A stretch of DNA of 59,270 nucleotides from Candidatus Zixiibacteriota bacterium (GTDB lineage: Bacteria; Zixibacteria; MSB-5A5; UBA10806). The stretch spans positions 1 through 59,270 of the forward strand of contig JAZGHS010000123.1 in NCBI GenBank assembly GCA_036481315.1, written 5' to 3'. A model generated the notes under the pieces. It ran no database searches. It was not told where the DNA came from and was given only the letters and a program-made list of their open reading frames with translations. Both the position numbers and the translations under genes were made by a program. This document shows, piece by piece, positions 54,671 through 59,270 of the stretch (positions within the stretch are counted from its first letter, which is position 1; every line of letters begins with the position of its first letter).

Positions 54671-54964
54671 TCAAAATTAAACTTCAAGCGTAAAGGAGGG
54701 GGTGGTTAATGGCGCGGATTTGCAATTGATTTGTTTTTTTTTGCAGGAGTAGTTTGTGAACAGTAGTACTTTGTTTCTTTCAGCCGGTTACGGCCATTAC
54801 ATTTCAATAAAATCGATTGTTTTACTACAAATTATATTATTCGGGAAGATCAAGTATAATAGTGAGTTATATGTTCTTAACCTTATGATGCTGAAAAAGT
54901 TATACTGGCAAAGGCATATATTTTGCTCATCTTTTAGTTTGGAGAAATATGAGGGAGTTTTCAT

Positions 54965-55834
54965 ATGCGAAAAATTAGCGAAAAAGGGGGAATTTTGAAG
55001 GCCACAATCGGTTTTTTAATGTTAGCAATTTGCCTGGCGAATTCGGGCCAAGCCCAATCACCTGATAGTCTTATGATTTCCAGCGCCAGCGGGCCTCCCG
55101 GAGGATCCGCTGTCGTTTCAGTCTTTCTGAAAAATACCCAATTTTCGGTAAGTGGATTCACTGCCAGGATTGTTTTCGCCGACTCCACTATCGCCGTCTT
55201 TTCCGACTTGGAGCGTGGCGACGATGTAGTCGATTTTGAACATTTCAACTGGGTTCTATCCGACGGAACCTGCAGGATCGTGGGATTGGATAATCTCCCC
55301 GGAGGTGATAACCCGTCGCCCTTACCCATTGGGATTCATGAGCTTGCAAAAATCCATATCGACATAGCCGAAAACGCTCCGTGGGGCGAGATGGATACGA
55401 TATATTTCGCCTCCGATGAGTTTCCGCCCGATGGGGATAACTCGATATCCGACTCGACCGGATACATATTTGAAATTCCCACCATGGTATCGGGCATGCT
55501 TCTTCTGGATATTTTCAACGATGTGGACGGTTCCCATGCCGTTTTGCCATTAGGTATAGAACTAAAGCAGAATTATCCCAACCCTTTTAATGCTCAAACG
55601 ACCATATCATTCGAACTATCCGAACGCGCCGAGAACACGTCGGTGAAAATTTACGACATGGTCGGGCGTTTGGTCAGGACATTTAACTGGCGGGATCTGC
55701 CAGCGGGTTTGCACAATACTGTCTGGAACGGCTCTGATACTCGAGACAATATTGTGTCATCCGGCATTTATTTTTTCAGGTTGGAAGTGGATTCGCATCC
55801 CGTTCAAACCATGAGAATGACGCTACTTAAGTAG
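54965..55834 (+). CDS. Secreted cohesin-like protein with T9SS tail
   Basis: GAGGGAG RBS and signal peptide. Cohesin-like GPPGGSAVVSVFLKNTQFSVSGFTARIVFADS...GDNSISDSTGY. Tail QNYPNPFNAQTTISFELS..GIYFFRLEVDSHPVQTMRMTLLK. Confidence 0.8.
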   Translation: MRKISEKGGILKATIGFLMLAICLANSGQAQSPDSLMISSASGPPGGSAVVSVFLKNTQFSVSGFTARIVFADSTIAVFSDLERGDDVVDFEHFNWVLSDGTCRIVGLDNLPGGDNPSPLPIGIHELAKIHIDIAENAPWGEMDTIYFASDEFPPDGDNSISDSTGYIFEIPTMVSGMLLLDIFNDVDGSHAVLPLGIELKQNYPNPFNAQTTISFELSERAENTSVKIYDMVGRLVRTFNWRDLPAGLHNTVWNGSDTRDNIVSSGIYFFRLEVDSHPVQTMRMTLLK

Positions 55835-55908
55835 TTTGAAATCGGTAGTTTTTTGAAGATAATAATTAAGATTCGAGCCCGATTTTTTCGTGGCCAGGAG
55901 GGAATGAA

Positions 55909-56739
55909 TTGAGAAAATTTCTACCCGTTGTATCATTTTTCTCATTATTTCTATATTGTTGCTTTCCTGTATGGGGACAGGAAATCTCCGAAATCGATAC
56001 CATTAGTGTTTCCGGATTCGAAGGATATCCCGGGGATACGATTTTAGCGCCCGTCGATCTTGTAAATACTTTCGATGTTACCGGTTTCAGCCTCCGGATT
56101 CTCTATGACTTCAGCGCGTTTTTGCCTCTTGAGGTTGTTATTGTTGATAGATCAGCTCATTTTGACTTTTTCGGCGCAAATCTCACCGAACCGGGTGTTA
56201 TCGGGTTTGTAGCCACGTCGATGATTCCTCGCGATAATGTGATTCCACCGGGGAGCGGATCTATTGCCCTGATGACGATCCTGATCAGGGATGAAGCGTT
56301 CCCGGGGTCTTACGATTTTATATTCGAGAATGTTGACGAGAACTCTTACGATAACAATCTCAGCGATACCAATGCCACGCTTATTGTTCCTGTACTCGCC
56401 GACGGCGCTATAGATGTTTTATCTCAGACCCTAATCGGCGATAACTCTTCGGGGCCGTCGGAATTCGAGTTGAGCCAGAATTATCCCAACCCGTTTAATA
56501 TGAAAACGACAATTTCGTTTTCCGTGAAGAATCCGGGGCATGTAGATCTCGAAATTTATGATATTTTGGGACAAAGGGTAGCCACTTTGTTTTCCGGTTA
56601 CGTCGAGGCCGGGATACGCAGTTTTGATTGGGACGGCGAAATATCGGCCGGTAAAGAACAATCATCGGGTGTCTATTTCTATAGATTGAAAACCATGTGG
56701 GGGGAATCCGTAACCAAAAGGATGACGCTACTAAAATGA
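55909..56739 (+). CDS. Secreted cohesin-like protein with T9SS tail
   Basis: TTG start after AGGAGGG. Signal peptide. Cohesin-like GYPGDTILAPVDLVNTFDVTGFSLRILYDFSAFLP...YDNNLSD. Tail QNYPNPFNMKTTISFSV..GVYFYRLKTMWGESVTKRMTLLK. Confidence 0.8.
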   Translation: MRKFLPVVSFFSLFLYCCFPVWGQEISEIDTISVSGFEGYPGDTILAPVDLVNTFDVTGFSLRILYDFSAFLPLEVVIVDRSAHFDFFGANLTEPGVIGFVATSMIPRDNVIPPGSGSIALMTILIRDEAFPGSYDFIFENVDENSYDNNLSDTNATLIVPVLADGAIDVLSQTLIGDNSSGPSEFELSQNYPNPFNMKTTISFSVKNPGHVDLEIYDILGQRVATLFSGYVEAGIRSFDWDGEISAGKEQSSGVYFYRLKTMWGESVTKRMTLLK

Positions 56740-56752
56740 TAGGGTTAGCGAT

Positions 56753-58870
56753 ATGAAGAAATTATTTCTTCTCTTGATTGTCGGAACGATTTTGGCGGCT
56801 GGTTGGTCTGACGCCAGCGCGCAGATTTACTCCGACCAGGATACCATGGCCTTAATGGACGCCTACGGTAATCCGGGCGATACGGTTGATGTTTATTTCA
56901 ATATGATCAATACCACAGTGGCCGTGGCGGGGGTTTTTCATCGAATAGTATATGATGAAAACATCCTGGAGGCCGTAAACGTGGAATGTGTGGATAGGGG
57001 TTGCGAGTTTCCATTGTTGGGAAGCAATCTTACCGTTCCCGGCGTTGTTCAATTCTCCATGTATGATTTGTCCGGCGAGGTAACCATTCCGAGGGGCGAG
57101 GGACCGGTGGCGAAAGTCACTTTCGCCGTAAGCCAGTTTGTTGCCCCCGGTACCAATATTCTCCTTGAATTCGAGGATGATTGGCAGAGTTTAAATGGTT
57201 GGGCGGATTCCATTCCGGAAAACCCGAACCTGATAGTCCCCATTCTCATTCCGGGAAATTTCCAGGTGGGCGGTGGACCTAATAATATGGCACCGGTTAT
57301 AGGTAATATCGCAGGTCAGCAGGTAGCCGAGGGGCAGATACTGCAATTTTCGGTAACCGCTCATGATTTCGATGCCGATCCTATTACGTTAACTGCTCTC
57401 GATATTCCTCTCAACGCTACTTTCCCGCAGGTTCAGGGCGATTCGATGGTGATAGGGACATTTGTGTTTAGTCCCAATTTTGACCAGGGACCGGATACCG
57501 TAATAGTAACTTTCACGGCCACCGACGATCATAATAATGTAACCACCAGACCGGTTCAGATAGTCATACTCGACCAACCAAACAATATTATGAGGGTGGT
57601 ATCCAATCAGGGAGGGATACCCGGGGCCGATCTTCGCCCCATGAACATTAACCTGTTCAATACGAGCCCCATCTACGGTTCGCAATTCGAGATTTTATAC
57701 GATCCCGAACAAATCGATGTCTGGAGTGTCAATTCAACGTATCGATGCACCAATATGTGGTTCAACTCAAATGAGCCCGATCCCGGCAGGATAATAGTAG
57801 TTATATTTTCCGTGGGCAGTGATACGATAGCGGCGGGCGATGGTCCGCTTGTCGAACTTGTTATAAACGTGAACTCGTCGGCTTCGTTCGGCCAAACCGG
57901 TATTCAATTGATTGAAGCGACCGAGGTCATTGATTCGGCCGGAACGAGTAAAGAGCTTACCGCCGAAAACGGCTATTTCACCGTCGATCCATTCGGGGAC
58001 GCCAATTTGGATGGTCTTGTTACGGTCGGTGATTGCGTATCTATAGTGGCGTATATTATCGGACGGCTGGAATTCAGCGAAAGGCAGTTTGACGCCGCCG
58101 ATATCGACAGTTCAGGATGGGTAAATATCGGAGATCTTCAGAGCATCATAAATGTGATTCTAGAGGTTGTCACCCCCCGATTGTCTTATCCCTTCGACGA
58201 TCCTCTTGTCAGCGTGGAGTTGATAAAGGATCGGGTTCCATCAGGCGATATTCTCGATATACCTCTTTATACGGTAATTCAAGAGGAAGCGTCGGCGGTA
58301 CAGTTCGAGGTTTCCTATAACGCTAATAAGATGACCGGACTGGAGATAGTAAAGGGTGATATTGCCTCGGACATGACTCTTGATTACACCATTTCCAACG
58401 GCGGGATCAAGGGGATATTGTATAATTTAAGCGGGGCAAGTATCGGCCCCGTGTCGGGCGATCTGTTCGATATTGCATTTAGAATAGACTCGGGCGATTT
58501 TGATCCTGATTTCGATATTGAACTAAGCGAATTTTTGGTCGTAAACCCCACCGCTGGTTTTATGCCGGTGGAGATAAAAGGACGTCTTCCGGAGAGTTTC
58601 CTGCTCTCGCAGAATTACCCCAATCCTTTTAACGCCAATACTAATATTCGATTCGATCTGCCGTCCGAGGGATGGGCGGAGCTTTCGGTTTATGATCTAT
58701 TGGGACGCAAAATAACCGTTCTTCTAAATGAATATCTTCCAGCTGGCAGTCACCTGGTTACCTGGGATGGACGAGCCGGCGATGGCAATATGATGGCAAC
58801 GGGTGTTTACTTCTATCGCCTTAAGGCCACGAATTTTGACAAAACAAAGAAGATGCTTTTGATGAAGTAA
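56753..58870 (+). CDS. Secreted protein with three cohesin-like modules, a cadherin-like module, a dockerin-like module and a T9SS tail
   Basis: Starts 13 nt after the previous stop. Cohesin-like GNPGDTVDVYFNMINTTVAVAGVFHRIVYD. Cadherin-like NMAPVIGNIAGQQVAEGQ..FSVTAHDFDADPITL. Second cohesin-like IPGADLRPMNINLFNTSPIYGSQFEILYDP. Dockerin-like GDANLDGLVTVGDCVSIVAYI and ADIDSSGWVNIGDLQSIINVI. Tail QNYPNPFNANTNIRFDLP..GVYFYRLKATNFDKTKKMLLMK. Confidence 0.85.
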   Translation: MKKLFLLLIVGTILAAGWSDASAQIYSDQDTMALMDAYGNPGDTVDVYFNMINTTVAVAGVFHRIVYDENILEAVNVECVDRGCEFPLLGSNLTVPGVVQFSMYDLSGEVTIPRGEGPVAKVTFAVSQFVAPGTNILLEFEDDWQSLNGWADSIPENPNLIVPILIPGNFQVGGGPNNMAPVIGNIAGQQVAEGQILQFSVTAHDFDADPITLTALDIPLNATFPQVQGDSMVIGTFVFSPNFDQGPDTVIVTFTATDDHNNVTTRPVQIVILDQPNNIMRVVSNQGGIPGADLRPMNINLFNTSPIYGSQFEILYDPEQIDVWSVNSTYRCTNMWFNSNEPDPGRIIVVIFSVGSDTIAAGDGPLVELVINVNSSASFGQTGIQLIEATEVIDSAGTSKELTAENGYFTVDPFGDANLDGLVTVGDCVSIVAYIIGRLEFSERQFDAADIDSSGWVNIGDLQSIINVILEVVTPRLSYPFDDPLVSVELIKDRVPSGDILDIPLYTVIQEEASAVQFEVSYNANKMTGLEIVKGDIASDMTLDYTISNGGIKGILYNLSGASIGPVSGDLFDIAFRIDSGDFDPDFDIELSEFLVVNPTAGFMPVEIKGRLPESFLLSQNYPNPFNANTNIRFDLPSEGWAELSVYDLLGRKITVLLNEYLPAGSHLVTWDGRAGDGNMMATGVYFYRLKATNFDKTKKMLLMK

Positions 58871-58949
58871 CCCGGTAACCGTTTATTTCGCGGGGGCGTG
58901 ATAATGGTAATAACGGTAATACCGAAATTTGGCTATTCTTGAGGCGGTA

Positions 58950-59270
58950 ATGAAGATAATAAAGATTTCTTTAACTGTACTTGTTTTTATCGGTTTTACT
59001 TATTCGCTGTCGTCGGCGCAGATGGTGGAGTCGCTTTACGCTGATTCCTCGTTTTCGAGTATGCCGATCGACTCCGCAGCCAATTGCTATGGTCCTCCCG
59101 ACGGCACGGTCGCTCATATAGACAGTAATCTGGCCAATTACGAAATATGGACTTTCGATTTCGACAGTACTTTTAGCGCAGGATTACCGATAATATCATC
59201 GCAGATTTTCATCACCCATTATCAAGCGGGATGGGTTGACGATACGCTGGTCATTGAGTATTTCGACGGT
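58950..59270 (+). CDS. Secreted hypothetical protein, 5' part (runs off window end)
   Basis: ATG after GAGGCGG. Signal peptide MKIIKISLTVLVFIGFTYSLSSAQ. The frame stays open for 107 codons to the last base. It is not in the ORF track because no stop is reached. Confidence 0.6.
   Translation, partial: MKIIKISLTVLVFIGFTYSLSSAQMVESLYADSSFSSMPIDSAANCYGPPDGTVAHIDSNLANYEIWTFDFDSTFSAGLPIISSQIFITHYQAGWVDDTLVIEYFDG

Noticed and set aside
54756-54998. 80-aa track ORF between cluster genes.
   Set aside because: It has a GTG start without an RBS, sits in an AT-rich low-complexity region, and overlaps the well-supported start, RBS and signal peptide of the 54965 gene.

Overview
This 59.3-kb window appears to come from an uncultivated bacterium that uses the type IX secretion system (T9SS), probably in the FCB superphylum. 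At least 14 predicted secreted proteins end in the ..NYPNPFN....GVYF.R......LLK sorting tail. All domain calls below come from motif recognition by eye; no database search was run.

Gene content in order:
- secF 3' end.
- Three T9SS-tailed surface proteins: one beta-propeller repeat protein and two parallel beta-helix proteins.
- A tightly coupled Rieske / cytochrome b / nine-heme cytochrome c operon.
- A Ser/Thr signalling island: a STAS protein, two tandem Hanks kinases with TPR domains, and an FHA-GAF-PP2C phosphatase.
- A decayed excisionase-type HTH pseudogene, then DinB.
- ald plus a CoA-transferase gene.
- A beta-helix gene broken by a poly-G frameshift, on a segment bracketed by ~60-bp direct repeats.
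- An S8 protease and an unknown protein that both carry IPTL-CTERM tails instead of T9SS tails.
- YceI, a PdxJ-like protein with its catalytic residues replaced, a radical SAM enzyme, and a RAYT/IS200-like HUH gene with an internal perfect palindrome.
- Three LVIVD-repeat proteins and ogt.
- cstA, then a GAF-PAS histidine kinase coupled to a non-RD Ser/Thr kinase with TPR repeats.
- A well-framed 25-codon peptide gene.
- A co-directional cluster at about 51.1-59.3 kb, plus an outlying paralogue at 37.7 kb, of secreted proteins built only from cohesin-like and dockerin-like modules. Most of these carry T9SS tails.

The cohesin/dockerin cluster is the best candidate for an undescribed surface-assembly system. 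I recognised no rRNA, tRNA or CRISPR array.
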